A stretch of DNA of 64,000 bases from Felis catus (taxonomy: Eukaryota), in the NCBI RefSeq assembly GCF_018350175.1, contig NC_058369.1:17238001-17302000 (forward strand), read 5' to 3'. The position numbers and the translations under genes are program-made. Below, one piece after another: positions 1 to 12,946 of this stretch. How positions within the stretch are numbered: the stretch's first letter is position 1; the number at the start of each line of letters is the position of its first letter. The notes beneath the pieces are model-generated. The model worked only from the letters and a program-made list of their open reading frames with translations, did not search any database and was not told the origin of the DNA.

Positions 1-274
1 TTAGGCATAGATGGATTTTTTTCTAGTCTCTATTAAATTCAGGGAACCCCACCTAAATTCCTAAATGCATGCAGTAATCCTGGGCCCAGTTATCCACATC
101 ACATGGGGCACTTGTCCCTACCCACTCAATCACATTACCTTATAGGTTATAAACTTCAAATTGCCTCTATTTCTAGATCCATATAATCCAAGATTACAAC
201 TCTGTTTCTGGCCAACATAAAATTTTGTCTTGCTTTTTAATATGGATATGTAATTTATTTATTTAAAAGTTTAT

Positions 275-900
275 TTGATGGGAATGCAAGCTGGTGCAGC
301 CACTCTGGAAAACAGTATGGAGGTTCCTCAAAAAACTAAAAATAGAACTACCCTACGACCCAGCAATTGCACTACTAGGCATTCATCCAAGGGATACAGA
401 TGTGCTGTTTCGAAGGGACACATGCACCCCCATGTTTATAGCAGCACTAGCAACAATAGCCAAAGTATGGAAAGAGCCCAAATGTCCATCGATGGATGAA
501 CCGATAAAGATGTGGTATGTATATACAATGTATATACTCAGCAATCAAAAAGAATGAAATCTTGCCATTTGCAACTACGTGGATGGAACTGAAGGGTATT
601 ATGCTGAGTGAAATTCGTCAGAAAAAGACAAAAATCATATGACTTCACTCATATGAGGACTTTAAGAGACAAAACAGATGAACATAAAGGAAGGGAAACA
701 AAAATAATATAAAAACAGGGAGGGGGACAAAACAGAAGAGACTCATGAATATGGAGAACAAACTGAGGGTTACTGGAGGGGTTGTGGGAGGGGGGATGGG
801 ATAAATGGGTAAGGGGCACTAAGGAATCTACTCCCGAAATCATTGTTGCACTATATGCTAACTAATTTGGATGTAAATTAAAAAAAAAAAAATAAAACAA
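275..900 (+). mobile_element. 5'-truncated carnivore LINE-1 (ORF2 C-terminus, 3'UTR, A-tail)
   Basis: ORF 294..557 QPLWKTVWRFLKKLKIELPYDPAIALLGI... is typical of the L1 ORF2 end; G-rich 3'UTR tract and poly(A). Confidence 0.93.
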
Positions 901-902
901 CT

Positions 903-1117
903 TAAAAAAAAAGTTTATCTGAGAGAGTGAGCGAGCCAGAGAGAGCATGCATATGCAAGTGTAGGGAGGGCAGAGAGGAAGAGTGAGAATCCCAAGCAGG
1001 CTCAGTGCTGTCAGCTTGGAGCCCCACGCAGGGCTCAAACCTACAAACTGTGAGACCATGATCTGAGTGGAAATCAAGAGTCCGATGTTTAACCAACTGA
1101 ACCACCCAGGCAACCCC
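903..1117 (-). mobile_element. CAN-SINE (SINEC, felid)
   Basis: tRNA-derived head and (CT)n tract, abutting the L1 A-tail. Confidence 0.9.
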
Positions 1118-1226
1118 GGATATGTAATATTAATCTTTTATTAATTTTACCATGTGTTTGAGACAAAGGGAGTGGCACCAAAGTGTGTACAAGGCTACCT
1201 TGACCAGAAGCCCAGTTTCATTCACA

Positions 1227-1453
1227 TTTTTTTTTTAATTTTTTTTTTCAACGTTTTTATTTATTTTTGGGACAGAGAGAGACAGAGCATGAACGGGGGA
1301 GGGTCAGAGAGAGAGGGAGACACAGAATCGGAAACAGGCTCCAGGCTCCGAGCCATCAGCCCAGAGCCTGACGCGGGGCTCGAACTCACGGACCGCGAGA
1401 TCGTGACCTGGCTGAAGTCGGACGCTTAACCGACTGCGCCACCCAGGCGCCCC
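1227..1453 (-). mobile_element. Young SINEC_Fc-type SINE
   Basis: CpG-intact, consensus-like copy; TSD cattcacatttttt. Confidence 0.95.
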
Positions 1454-1656
1454 ACATTCACATTTTTTAAAAAGACTGTATGTTGGCACTTTCGCAGTAC
1501 CCCATGGTTAACAGTGATAGCTAAAAGGAAGCCTGGGAGCTATACATTCTCTTTCCAGTTTTACCAAAAAATATTTTCTAGATTGAAATGAATAACTGAT
1601 TTGTGCAATTTGGCCAATGACACTAGCTAGAGTTTTCTTCTGAAATAACTGATTTA

Positions 1657-1972
1657 GGGGCATCTGGCTGGCTCAGTCAGTGAAGCGTGCAACTCTTGAT
1701 CTCAGGGTTGTGGGTTCGAGCCCCAAGTTGGGTGAAGAGATTGCTTAAAAATAAAGTATTTAGGGGCACCTGGGTGGCCCAGTTGGTTAAGCGTCTGACT
1801 CTTGGTTTCGGCTCAGGTCATGATCTCATGGTTTGTAAGTTCAATCCCCACGTCGGGCTCTGTGGTGGCAGCATGGAGCCTGCTTGGAATTCTTTCACTC
1901 CCTCTCTCTCTGCCATTCCCCTGTGCGTGCATGCACGTGCACTCTCTCTCAAAATAAATAAACATTAAAAAC
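1657..1972 (+). mobile_element. Short tRNA-like SINE (1657-1756) followed by a full CAN-SINE (1763-1972)
   Basis: A-box/B-box heads GGCTCAGT / GGTTCGAG and A-rich tails. Confidence 0.88.
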
Positions 1973-2279
1973 ATAATTGATTTATAACAGTGTGCATAAT
2001 GAAAAATGTGATATTCCATTACCCAAATCCCCGTATTTCTGCAGTTTGGGGACAAAAATGAACTCAAGGCTTTGAAAGAAGTACATATATAAATGAAATA
2101 TATTCATGTTTCAATGTTGCGATGATACAAAGCTTAAAATACTGGTGCAAAGGACAGGGATAAGTTTGAATAAAAGAAATCTTATAGAGATGCACTTTGG
2201 TAAAATTACAAATGAAATGCTGTAATCTGATTTTTAAAATCCAGGGTGGTGGACATTGGGTCACTGTCAGGAACTATGC

Positions 2280-2740
2280 AGGTGCAGGTCTGGAATTTTA
2301 CCCCACTTACAAACTAAACTGGTAGTTACCCTGTTACTACCTGGTAGGTGTTGACAGAAGACATGAGACTCCTGGATCAGACACAAAGGACTTCAATCAC
2401 AGCAAAAGCAGTAGCTGAGCCTCATGAGTAGCCGAGCTTCATAACAGTTCCCTATGCCCCCCAAGTTTCCTGGGTGTAATATGAAAATGTTGACCATAGT
2501 TGTCTGCTCACATAGTGTTTCATTATCAGAGAGATACACTGAATTTGGGAGATTGTTTTTATAGCAAGTGGAAGTTAAATCTGCTCTTTGTCCTGGGGGG
2601 GAGACAATACTTCATCTCTCCAGGTTTCTGAAAACACAGCCCTGAAAAACAGTCTAGGTAAAGAGCAGGTAGGGCCATGCATTCTTGGTATATCCAACGT
2701 GAACTTGCAGGGATGTTTAAGGTCCATGACATAACATATA
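2280..2740. mobile_element. Old ERVL-type solo-LTR-like sequence
   Basis: Segment gacagaagacatgagactcctggatcag...caaaggact resembles ancient eutherian LTRs; family assignment uncertain. Confidence 0.4.
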
Positions 2741-2808
2741 CTATCTCATCACTTTTGTGTATTTTGAAATTACTATAAACTTACCTAATTATAATAGAAA
2801 GAAATATA

Positions 2809-3240
2809 GGTGTGCCTGGATGGATCAGTCGATTAAGCGTCTGACTTCAGCTCAGGCCATGACCTCGTGGTTCATGAGTTCAAGCCCCACATCAGGCTTT
2901 GCACTAACAGTGTGGAATCTGCTTGGGTTTCTCTCTCTCTCCCTCTCTCTGTCCCTCCCCTGTTTGTGTGTACTCTCTCTCTCAAAATAAGTAAACTTCT
3001 AAATGTTTTAAAAAGAAACATACAGGGCGCCTGGGTGGCTCAGTCGGTTAAGCGGCTGACTTTGGCTCAGGTCACGATCTCGCGATCCGTGAGCTCGAGC
3101 CCCGCGTCGGGCTCTGTGCTGACAGCTCAGAGCCTGGAGCCTGCTTCCGATTCTGTGTCTCCCTCTCTCTCTGCCCCTCCCCTGTTCATGCTCTGTCTCT
3201 CTCTGTCTCAAAAATAAATAAACGTTAAAAAAAATAAAAA
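2809..3240 (+). mobile_element. Two tandem CAN-SINEs (2809-3015, 3025-3240)
   Basis: Second copy flanked by TSD aaaaagaaacataca. Confidence 0.93.
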
Positions 3241-3924
3241 GAAACATACATCTGAGTCTAATATATTTGAAAATGCACGAATGGCTACCGTTATAAAATA
3301 TAACACTATAAATTTCTTTCTCAGGAACCCTACACATTCCAGATACTTTGCTTTTTTATTATCATAAAAGGAATACATACTTTTGGTCACCCAAAATCAA
3401 TGTAGAAGAGTATAAAGTGGAAACTAAGAGACTCTAATTTAGCTGCACAGGTAATAATTCTAATATAGGAGCACCAGGCTGGCTTGATCAGTAGAGTATG
3501 AAGCCCCTTGATCCGTGGGTTGTGAGTTCAGGCCCCATATTGGCCGTAGAGCTTACTTTAAAAAAACAAAACAAAAAACAATAGTTCTGATATATTCTTG
3601 CAGAGATGTTCTATGCTTACATAAGCATATGTATAAACACATGGTCTTTTTAAAAACATAGTTGGAATCATAAACATACTATCACAAAACATGCCTTTTT
3701 ATGCTCAACATTTCCTGGATATTTTTCAGTGTTTTCACACTAGATCTAACTCATTAATTAATTAGTTAATTAATTTATTTATTGGAGCCCAATGCAGGGC
3801 CTCAACTCACATTCCTGAGATCAAGACCTGAGCTGAGATCGAGTTGGATGCTTAACTGACTGAGCCACCCAGGCGCCCCATAACTCATTCTTTTAAATTG
3901 CTGCATACTACTTCATTTAATTGA

Positions 3925-4555
3925 TGTTATCATGGACTGATTTGTGTCTCCTCCAAACTCATATAGTTGGATCCCTAGCCCCCAACATGACTGTATTTAA
4001 ATAGGGTCTTTAGGGAGTTAATTAAGGTTAATTGAGGTCATGAGTGGGACTCTAATCTGATAGGATTAGTGTCCTTAAAAGAACAGGCACCAGAGACCTC
4101 TCTCTCTCCACACAAGCACAGAGGAAAGGCTATGTAAGGGCATAGCAAGACAGCAACCATCTGCAAACCAGGGATAAGGGCCTCGGCAGAAAGCAACTCT
4201 GATGGCACCTTGATCTTGGACTTCTGGCCACAGAACTATGAAAAGGTAAATTTCTGTTGTTTAAGCCACCCAGATTGTGGCATTTCTTTTTAATTTTTTT
4301 TTTTTTTTTTACGTTTATTTACTTTTGAGACAGAGAGAGACAGAGCATGAATGGGGGAGGGGCAGAGAGAGAGGGAGACACAGAATCTGAAACAGGCTCC
4401 AGGCTCTGAGCAGTCAGCACAGAGCCCGACGCGGGGCTCGAACTCACATACCGCAAGATCGTGACCTGAGCCGAAGTCGGATGCTTAACCGACTGAGCCA
4501 CCCAGGCGCCCCCAGATTGTGGCATTTCATAATGACATCTGGAGACTAATACAGA
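3925..4555 (+). mobile_element. MLT1 (ERVL-MaLR) LTR interrupted by a - strand SINE (4287-4512)
   Basis: MLT1-like motifs (attaaggttaattgaggtcat; accttgatcttggacttct; aaatttctgttgtttaagccaccc); SINE TSD cagattgtggcatttc. Confidence 0.8.
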
Positions 4556-4562
4556 TATATTC

Positions 4563-5372
4563 CTTTTGTTTTTAAGTTTATTTAGACAGAGAGAGAACAT
4601 GGGGGAGAGGCAGAGAGAGAGAATCCCAAGCAGGCTCTGGGCTATCAGTGCAGAGCCTGATGTGGGGCTTAATCCCAGAAACTGTGAGATCATGACCTGA
4701 GCAGAGATCAAGAGTCAGACACTCAACCGATTGAGTCACCTAGGCACCCCAATACAGATATATTCTATTTAATTCAACTAGCCCCATAATAAGGGATAGG
4801 TAGGCTTACTTATGTATTTATTTTTATTTTTTGAGGGAGAGAGAGACAGTGCAAGTGATCGAGGGACAGAGGGAGAGAGAGAGATAATTCCACAGGGGGG
4901 CAGAGAGAGAGAAAGACAGAGAGAGAGAGAAGCAGGGCTCACCTGAAGCAGGGCTCAAGCTTACTTGATGTGGGACTCGAACTCACAAACCATGAGATCA
5001 TGACCTGAGTCAAAGTAATGCTTAATGACTGGTGCCTAGGAGGTTTTCTTTTTTTTAAACATTATGAATAATCAGCAGTGAATTTTCTTTCACATATGGG
5101 GGTATGGTGAGATAAACTCCTAGAAGTGAAATGGGTCAAAGGGCATGCATATTTTATTTAAGTTTATGTATTTGTTTTGAGAAAGAAAGAGCATGTGCAC
5201 ACACATGTGTACAGGTGGGGGGGGGGGGTGGTGGCAGAGAGAGAATCCCAAGCAGGCTCCACACTGTCAGCACAGAGCCAGATGTGGGGCTTGAACCTAC
5301 AAACCGCAAGACCCTGACATGAGGCAAGATCAAGAGTTGGATGCTCAATGGACGGAGCCACCCAGGCACCCC
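4563..5372 (-). mobile_element. Three - strand CAN-SINEs (4563-4750, 4815-5040, 5152-5372)
   Basis: SINE bodies with (GA)n tracts; TSDs aatacagatatattc and agggcatgca.atttta. Confidence 0.88.
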
Positions 5373-5779
5373 AGGGCATGCACATTTTAAATCTGATACT
5401 GCCAAACTGACTTCTAAATAAATACTACCAATTTACAGTTCCCACAATAGTGTGTGAATGCTTGTCTCCCATGTGCAAGTGCTCATTCAACATGTATTCA
5501 GCACCTACTTCTGACAGTGCCAGACATTGTGCAAGGTGCTAATGAGACAGCGATGACAATTAAGTCCCTGCCCTCAAGATCTTTATTCTAGGGGAGAAAC
5601 CAGCAATAAATAAGGATTCCACAAATAAATACACAAGGTGGTCTGAGAAGTTGTCTTTGAGATAACATCTGAGCAGAGACCCAGATGAAGAGAGGAAACA
5701 AATCTTACCAGTACTTGAAGAAAGAATGCTAAGTGTGTTTCATAGTTCCAAGTATCTTTAAAAAATAGGCAAAGTTGCA

Positions 5780-6340
5780 ATTCTATTCCTAGCTAAGTAC
5801 CCAAAAGAAATACAAACAGGTATTCAGACAAAAATGCGTACATCAGTGTTCACAGCAGTGCTATTCCTGATAGCCAAAAGGTGGAAATAACCCATATGCC
5901 CAACAACATATGAATAGAACAAAATGAAACATTATTCAACTATAAAAAAAAATGAAGCAATGACATATGCTACAAAACAGATAAATCTTAAAACATTATG
6001 CTAACTGAAAAAAAGCCAGATATAAAAGGCCACATGTTATATGATTTCATTTATATGAAATATCTGGAATGAGAAAATCCATGGAAACAGCAGTTTAGTG
6101 GTTGCCAGGGGCTGTTGCTGGGGAGGATGGGAGGAGGAGGATGGGGAGAAACTGCTTAGCAGGTACATATGGGACTTCCTTTTGGGGTAATGAAAATGTT
6201 CTGGAACTAGAGAGTAGTTATGGTTGAACAACATGTACATGTACCAAATGCCACTGAAATGTACACTTGAAAATGGTTAAAATGTTGAATTTTATGTCAT
6301 GCATATTTTGCTACAATAAAAGATAACACATTAAAAAAAA
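5780..6340 (+). mobile_element. Old L1M-type 3' fragment
   Basis: Typical L1M 3' motifs (acattatgctaactgaaa, tggttgccagggg, aatgttctggaactag, gccactgaa). Confidence 0.75.
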
Positions 6341-6355
6341 AAAAAAAGCAAGGTA

Positions 6356-6990
6356 GGGGCACCTGGGTGGCTCAATCAGTTAAGCGTCCAATTTTGGCTC
6401 AGGTCATGATCTCATGGCTTGTGGGTTCGAGCCCCCATCAAGCTCTATGCTGTCAGCACAGATCCTCTGTCCCTCTCTCTGCCCCCCACCTCAAAAATAA
6501 ATAAACATTAAAAAAAGTAAAGTTAGGGGCGCTTGGGTGGCGCAGTCGGTTAATCGTCCAACTTCAGCCAGGTCACGATCTCGCGGTCCGGGAGTTCGAG
6601 CCCCGCGTCAGGCTCTGGGCTGATGGCTCGGAGCCTGGAGCCTGTTTCCGATTCTGTGTCTCCCTCTCTCTCTGCCCCTCCCCCGTTCATGCTCTGTCTC
6701 TCTCTGTCCCAAAAATAAATAAAAACGTTGAAAAAAAAATTAAAAAAAAAAAGTAAAGGGGCGCCTGGGTGGCGCAGTCGGTTAAGCGTCCGACTTCAGC
6801 CAGGTCACGATCTCGCGGTCCGGGAGTTCGAGCCCCGCGTCGGGCTCTGGGCTGATGGCTTGGAGCCTGGAGCCTGTTTCCGATTCTGTGTCTCCCTCTC
6901 TCTCTGCCCCTCCCCCGTTCATGCTCTGTCTCTCTCTGTCCCAAAAATAAATAAACGTTGGAAAAAAAAATTAAAAAAAAAAAGTAAAGT
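6356..6990 (+). mobile_element. Three head-to-tail CAN-SINEs (6356-6516, 6526-6752, 6758-6983)
   Basis: The last two are near-identical young SINEC_Fc copies sharing an aaaagtaaag target duplication. Confidence 0.95.
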
Positions 6991-7076
6991 TGAACTTTCT
7001 CTTCCTAGACCTAATGGTCATTATGCAATGTATTTTTGTTCACTTCCTATTCATGCCCAATACCCATTTAAAAGAA

Positions 7077-7530
7077 AATTTTAATGTTTATTTTTGAGAG
7101 ATAGACAGAATGCAAACAGGGGAAGGGCAGAGACAGAGGGAGACACAGCATCCGAAGTGGGCTTCAGGCTCCAAGCTGTCAGCACAGAGCCTGACATGGG
7201 GCTCAAACTCGTGAACTGTGAGATCATGACCTGAGCCGAAACCAAGAGTCGGATGCTTAACCAGGCACACCCAGGGACCCCATCAATACCCATTTTCTGT
7301 TGAATTATGGACGTTAAAAAATTAACCTGTGGAAACATCTGGGTGGCTCAGTTGGCTAAGCATCCAACTTTGGCTCAGGTCATGATCTCGAAGTTCTTGA
7401 GTTTCAAGCCCCACATCAGGCTTTGCACTGGTGGTGCAGAGCCTGCTTGGGATCTCTCTCTCCCTCTCCCCCTCTCTCTTCCCCTTTCCCACTCGCTCTC
7501 TTAAAATAAATAAACTGAAAAAAAAATTAA
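7077..7530. mobile_element. Divergent SINE pair (7077-7282 -, 7330-7530 +)
   Basis: SINE heads and tails in opposite orientation. Confidence 0.88.
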
Positions 7531-8794
7531 TCTTTGAACTCAGCATATTAAGGAAATTAATTCCCTACCTTAATGAAAACCAGTTTATGGAATTTTCCAT
7601 ATTTACATAGAGATCTGAAAAAGTACCAGTTCACTGTAAATGGAATTGTTTAGAGTAATGGAATTTCAGAATTGAAATGGCCTTAAAAGTCATCTCATTC
7701 AACTTTGTTCTGACTTAATAATCTTCTAACTCTACAGTATATCTTGCTAAATGTCCCCTTTGACTTTGACAAAGCACAGAAAGGGAGTGTTTAGCCTTTT
7801 TTGAAAACCTACTTTGAAGTACCCACAAAAGTACCTCAGTCTGGAGTAGTAAACATAAGGGGGGGAAATGCCACTCAAACTAGGCAACTGAAGAGAGTTT
7901 ACAAATGAGGCTATTGACACAAATTGTGGGCAGGTTTAAACGAATCCAAGAAATACTGTAGGGCTAGCAACACAGAATCTCCCACAGGCACACAGTGACA
8001 TTAGCTTGGAGGTATAACAGAGGTCCTAGATCTCACTCCTCATGGCTGTAGATCCCATGACAAAAATTATGTTCTTCTACCCTATTTCCTGTGGCTCAAT
8101 GGCCTTGAGCCACAAATTCCACTTCAATATATAAAATAAAATTGGTTCTACCAACACTTCAACTTTAAGAAACTGAAGAAAAGTAACCTGAGTGGCATGA
8201 ATCCACAGGACAATAATCTGATGGGAGGTAATTATCCAAACATGGCATTGGGGACTCAAATATAACACAAAGAAGCTGGTGTTCTAGTTGGGGAAGATGG
8301 AGCAAAGAAATACCTTGGAGTGCTGCCCCACGGAGAAAAATAAACTGCCATAGAAACTCAAAGGCATTCAACGGTCTGAAGGGAAGTTTCTAGACAGAGA
8401 TGTTAGCAAAGAATGAGGTCTACGGACCGGACCCAGGAAAATAAGGTAGTGATAAGGAAATGAGCAGCAAACAAGAGATGAAAGATGTGGGAGAAAGCAA
8501 AAAAGACACTAACTGGCACTCATCCTATTATAAAGTGCATCACTTTATCAACTTCCACCAGATACAACCATTCATTAAGAATAGTTAAAGGCTCAAGAAA
8601 AAGGAAAGGACCTTTAGAAAGAAAACTAAAAACAGAAAACCTGCAGGAAGTAAAACTACTTAGAATGCTTCACTTGTGTCTCTTTCGCAGTGCTTCCTCT
8701 AGGTTTCAAGACTCGCTTACATGCTTTTCTCATTCTGTCAGAACGTCTTTTACAGTAGGGACCACATCTTCAGACTTAACATTCACAACGGCAT

Positions 8795-8998
8795 TTTTTT
8801 TTTTTAATGTTTATTTATTTTGAGAGCGAGCGAGCGAGCAGGGGAGAGACAGAGGGAGAGGGAGAGAGAGAATCCCAAGTAGGCTTCCTACTGACAGCAC
8901 AAAGCCTGACACGGGCTCCGACTCACAAATTGTGAGATCATGACCTGAACCAAAACCAAGAGTCAGACACTTAACTGACCGAGCCACCCAGGTGCCCT
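8795..8998 (-). mobile_element. CAN-SINE
   Basis: T-tail, (GA)n tract, tRNA-like head. Confidence 0.9.
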
Positions 8999-10079
8999 CA
9001 CAAGTGCATTTTAAACATAATCTGTATGCCTCTTCTACAACTTCCTTGTCCCTTAATTATGTTAACAGTGTGCAATTTTTCCAGCCCCTGGGCACAGATC
9101 TCAGTCACCTCTCCACACACCTGTGGCCAGGGACAAGCAAGGTGCTCTGCCATCACCCTGTCATTCCTTTCTTGCCCTTTTTGCTGCTGAGCATAGCTGA
9201 ATCCCTCAGTACCCCTCTTCTCATTAGTACCCTAACTCCTATTTTTCCTGCCAATCTTACCCTCACACTTCCAGAATAACCTTCTTAAAATCGGACAGTT
9301 ATTTTACTTTCCTACTTAGAATTATAAAACTAATGCATACAAATTTGCATGCAAGAATAATTGCATACAAATAAGGTCAACATCCCTCAGCACAGCATTC
9401 ATAGCTATACTTTTTTGTTCCATCGCCTCTAAAACCTGTACACATATCCAACCCTCTGGTCATACTGCATTACCTTATATTCTTAGAATTTGCCTTTTGT
9501 TCCACTGGCTGTCTTTGCTTCTGTGGTTCCTTCTCCTTGATTTTGGCATTGAGTAACTATTCCTCCCTCCCAACCCTTCATACCTCCTCTCCAGCATTTA
9601 TCACTTTCTCTCTGCCTCACACAATGTTTTCATCTTGTTTATCAGGCCCTAAGCCCCTTGAGGACAGGTCGTTGTGTCTTCAAACCTGCTTACAACAATT
9701 GTTATACACTTGACTCAAATATGTGCACACGGATCATTTCCCATAGAGCATAGCACAGCACCATGCCCTGCTCAGAAAAGGTGTCAAGTATTTGCATGAA
9801 TGCACGATGCTCAACACCCACCACCCCCGCCCTTCTGTCCAATGTAGAGAGAAAGAAAATAATACTTGTTACATTTAATTGCTCGGGTAAAAATGACGGG
9901 ATATGTCACTAATTCTTCATTTATTCCAAAAGGCCACGTCTTAAAAGCATTTTCTAGGTCTTTCCAGCTATAAAGTCTTGACCCAGCCTCAGAGCTACCC
10001 CAACTGAGTTCTCTCGTTTATTTAGTTGGAAGTCCACTGAACTCCCACGGAGCCTCATCTAGAGGACCGCAGCATGTGT

Positions 10080-11300
10080 CTGGGACAATGCCCTTGCTCA
10101 CTTAGGCGAGGCCAGGGGCCGGGGCGAGACCTCCAGACCCGACGGCACTCGGACCAGCAAGGGCTACCTTGTCCTTTTCCCAGCGTCGCACAGTTTACAA
10201 CGTGCCATCGCGTTGGTCTCCTCCTAACAACGTCGTGAGGCAGAAATTCTCACCTCCCTAAAGAAACAGAAGATCGGAGGGGAGATGGAGAGGAGAAGAG
10301 GCGTGGCAACGGGCTGTGGCAGGGAAGGCGAGTGGAGGTCCGGAGCCCGAGCTGGATTTCGTTCCTGGCTCAGCCCTTGCCGGCCGGGGGCCGTGGGGCG
10401 GGCGCGCAGAGGACGCGAGAGCCCTCCAGCTCTCACACTGCGAGGGGCTGAGGCGCGGCGAGAGGGGCGCCGTGCGGGACCCGGGTCGCCCAAGCCCGCT
10501 CCCTCAGCGGCCCCACCGCTACCCGCGCGCCCATCCCTTCGGCGGCTCTGCCGGAAGTCCCGCCTGCGCCCGCCGCGGCCGCCCCCCATTGGGCCCGGCG
10601 CCGGGGTCTCGCCGCGGGTTGGCCGTCCGGCGGCGTGAGCCCTGGGAGGCCTCTGCGAGCCCCTGCTGGGGGACCCTCTGGAGACCCGCTCAGAAGCGGG
10701 GTTGCCGCGGGAGGCGGAGCGGGGAGCGCCGGGGCTACCGGCGGGACTTCCGCCACGGGACCCGGAAGGGGCCGCGCCGCCGCTGGTGGGAGTTGTAGTC
10801 CGGCCGTGGTTGGGGGGGCCCGCGGCTCATGCGCGGTGCACCGAGGCTTGTTTCACATCTGTAACAACAGGTGAATTGGGCTTTTTATTCTCCCCTTTCG
10901 TGTCCCCTTGAGGAGCTTGCCGTGGCCGGGGGTGGTCGGCGCGAGGAGGGGCCCGGGTCCGATCGCCGGCTTGGCGGAGAGTGGGGCGGAGAAGCGGGCG
11001 GGCCCGAGGAGCAGGCCGGGCATCCTAGGCCTGCCCGCGAAGCCGGCCCAGCCGAGCCGTGGGCAGCCAGGCCTCGGCCTGCCGTTGCCATGGAGCCTGG
11101 GCGGGGGCGGGGGCCAGGCCGGTCCGCCGGGGCGGGCCTGGTAGCCAGGGGCTCCGCGGGGACCGCGGGAGAGGCCGCTTCATTGGCGCAACGACGCCTC
11201 CGCCTCAGGGGATGCTCCGTTCCCCGAGGCAGGGCCTGGAGGAAGCCCCCGGAGTGCCCCGGGACCTTTGTCTGTACCCCGTGCCGCCTGGACCGTTCGT
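10080..11300 (+). promoter_or_regulatory. DHX30: CpG island, main DHX30 promoter
   Basis: Very GC/CpG-rich. ETS/GABP sites CCGGAAGT (10551) and ACTTCCG (10746); ZNF143/THAP11-type motif GGGAGTTGTAGTC (10788-10800, reverse complement ACTACAACTCCC); NRF1-like GCTCATGCGC (10825); GC boxes. Confidence 0.9.
10800..10870 (+). other. DHX30: DHX30 non-coding exon 1 (5' end approximate)
   Basis: Donor ACAACAG|gtgaat at 10870/10871 inside the CpG island, just downstream of the core promoter motifs; the TSS cannot be determined from sequence. Confidence 0.7.
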
Positions 11301-12436
11301 CCAAAGGGAGGCCTGGTGCATTCTGGTCCCCCTCGTTTGCCCCTTTTTGCACCCACCTTGTCACTGGGGGAGGCCAAGGGGTGAGGTGTTCTTTGTTTGC
11401 TGGTGGTGACTTGCCCCATTTCGCAGGGGAAGACCTAATGCATGTTGGGTCCTTTGTTTGCACTGAACTGGAGTCCCAGGGGTCCTCAGAACCCCCAAGC
11501 CCCGAGTATGGCGTCAGCATGCTGTCTAGCTAGTCCTCGGGTAGCAACATTGGTCACCGTAATTGTGATGTTGCAAGGCAGAGATTGTCCCACTTTGCAA
11601 CCCCAGTCCACAGGGGCTTGCCGTACACTGTGGCAGGTGGACTGCAGATGGCCAGGCGCAGACTCTCAAACTGTTTTTGGTTGCAACTTACTGGCCACAG
11701 AGAAAGGAGACATTGATGGTTTCCCTTGGTGTTTCTTTGAAGGCAATAAAGCCACTGTCATTGTGGGTCTTGACTACATCTTACAATTAAATCTTGGAGT
11801 TTTGGAGTTTCCAGGAGGGAGGCCTCTTTTCTTGATGGAGTTTATGGGAGTGCTCTTTATTTGTATAACTGTTTAAGATGCGGGAAACACATCCTTCACT
11901 GTATCTTTTATCTGTGTTACGTTGTCCCTTTGCCTCCAAAAGATGTTTATTCTCCCAAGCGTTTTAGCTTATGTAGCCATGGTCCAAAGTTTATCAGTTG
12001 GACCCTTCTTTCCCCTTTCAACCTTTGTGTCACTATAAAATATTATTTCCAAGAATGAACCATGGGACATCTAGGCAACAGCATAATATCATGGAAATAA
12101 TAAAAATATTGCAGTATTAAGCGTGTGAAGCTTTGGAGTCCAGTACCCAACTGCAGGTTTCCATTTTGCCCTGAGGCAGCTATGGGATCTTGGGCAAGTT
12201 GTGTGACTTTCTCTGGGAAAATCTGCCTCTATTTCCTTCTCTGGGAAAGATCATTTCTGCCTCCCTGGGTAGTTGCATAGATTAACTGCTATAAAATCTA
12301 TGGAAGTACCTTGTGAACTATAAAAATGATATTCAATGTCTAGTTGTTATTTTCTTCATCTGGAAGAGCTTGATCTACCTTAGATAGGGTTGTGTTAGAG
12401 TCAATATAGGATTAGAACTCAAAACTGAAGCAGGTT

Positions 12437-12645
12437 GGGGTGCCTGGGTGGCTCAATCAGTTAAACGTCCGACTTCAGCTCAGGTCATGATCTTGCGGTT
12501 CGTGAGTTCAAGCCCTGTGTCGGGCTCTGTGCTGACAGCTCGGAGCCTGGAGCCTCTTCAGATTCTGTGTCCCCCTCTTTCTGCCCCTCTGTTCATGCTC
12601 TCGCTCTCTCTTTCAAAGAATAAATAAACATTAAAAAAAAAAAAA
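12437..12645 (+). mobile_element. CAN-SINE
   Basis: 16-nt TSD aaaactgaagcaggtt. Confidence 0.95.
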
Positions 12646-12946
12646 CTGAAGCAGGTTTTGCTCTGGGCTCAGAGAAAATATTTTCAGGACTACAAACCCC
12701 TCTTTACCATGACATCTCTTTCTTGGTATCTTTGCAGGTGCTGGTTTAGGGTAGCTCACGATTTGATGGGTCGTGAGTGGGTCATGGCAGGTCCTGAAGT
12801 GAGACCAGTGTGTCCAGTGTGTGTTTCACGCTATTAACAAAATGTGTCCTTGTTGTTAGAGTTAGTAATGAATTTCATTGGTCTGCAGCAACTTTATTTT
12901 CCCTGTGGGTCCCATCACTCTAGTGACCCAGGCTTCTATTTTCTAG

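Noticed and set aside
1657..1756. tRNA-like sequences (also about 3468-3580 and 50818-50945)
   Set aside because: Degenerate tRNA-derived SINE heads with A-rich tails and no intact cloverleaf.
862..7546. Many 60-130 aa ORFs with repeated peptides (AQVMIS..., GAPGWRSRLSV...)
   Set aside because: These are translations of CAN-SINE copies, not genes.
1..10000. Exons of an upstream or divergent neighbouring gene
   Set aside because: No convincing exon or second CpG island; the region is mostly L1, SINE and LTR debris.
10224..11533. Long overlapping ORFs (up to 220 aa) on both strands
   Set aside because: Expected stop-codon depletion in a CpG island; low-complexity G/A/R/P products with no recognisable domain.
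12720..12800. Strong acceptor tctttgcag directly followed by GT (recursive splice site or extra exon)
   Set aside because: The regenerated donor gtgctg is weak, the intron is short, and nothing else supports an exon.
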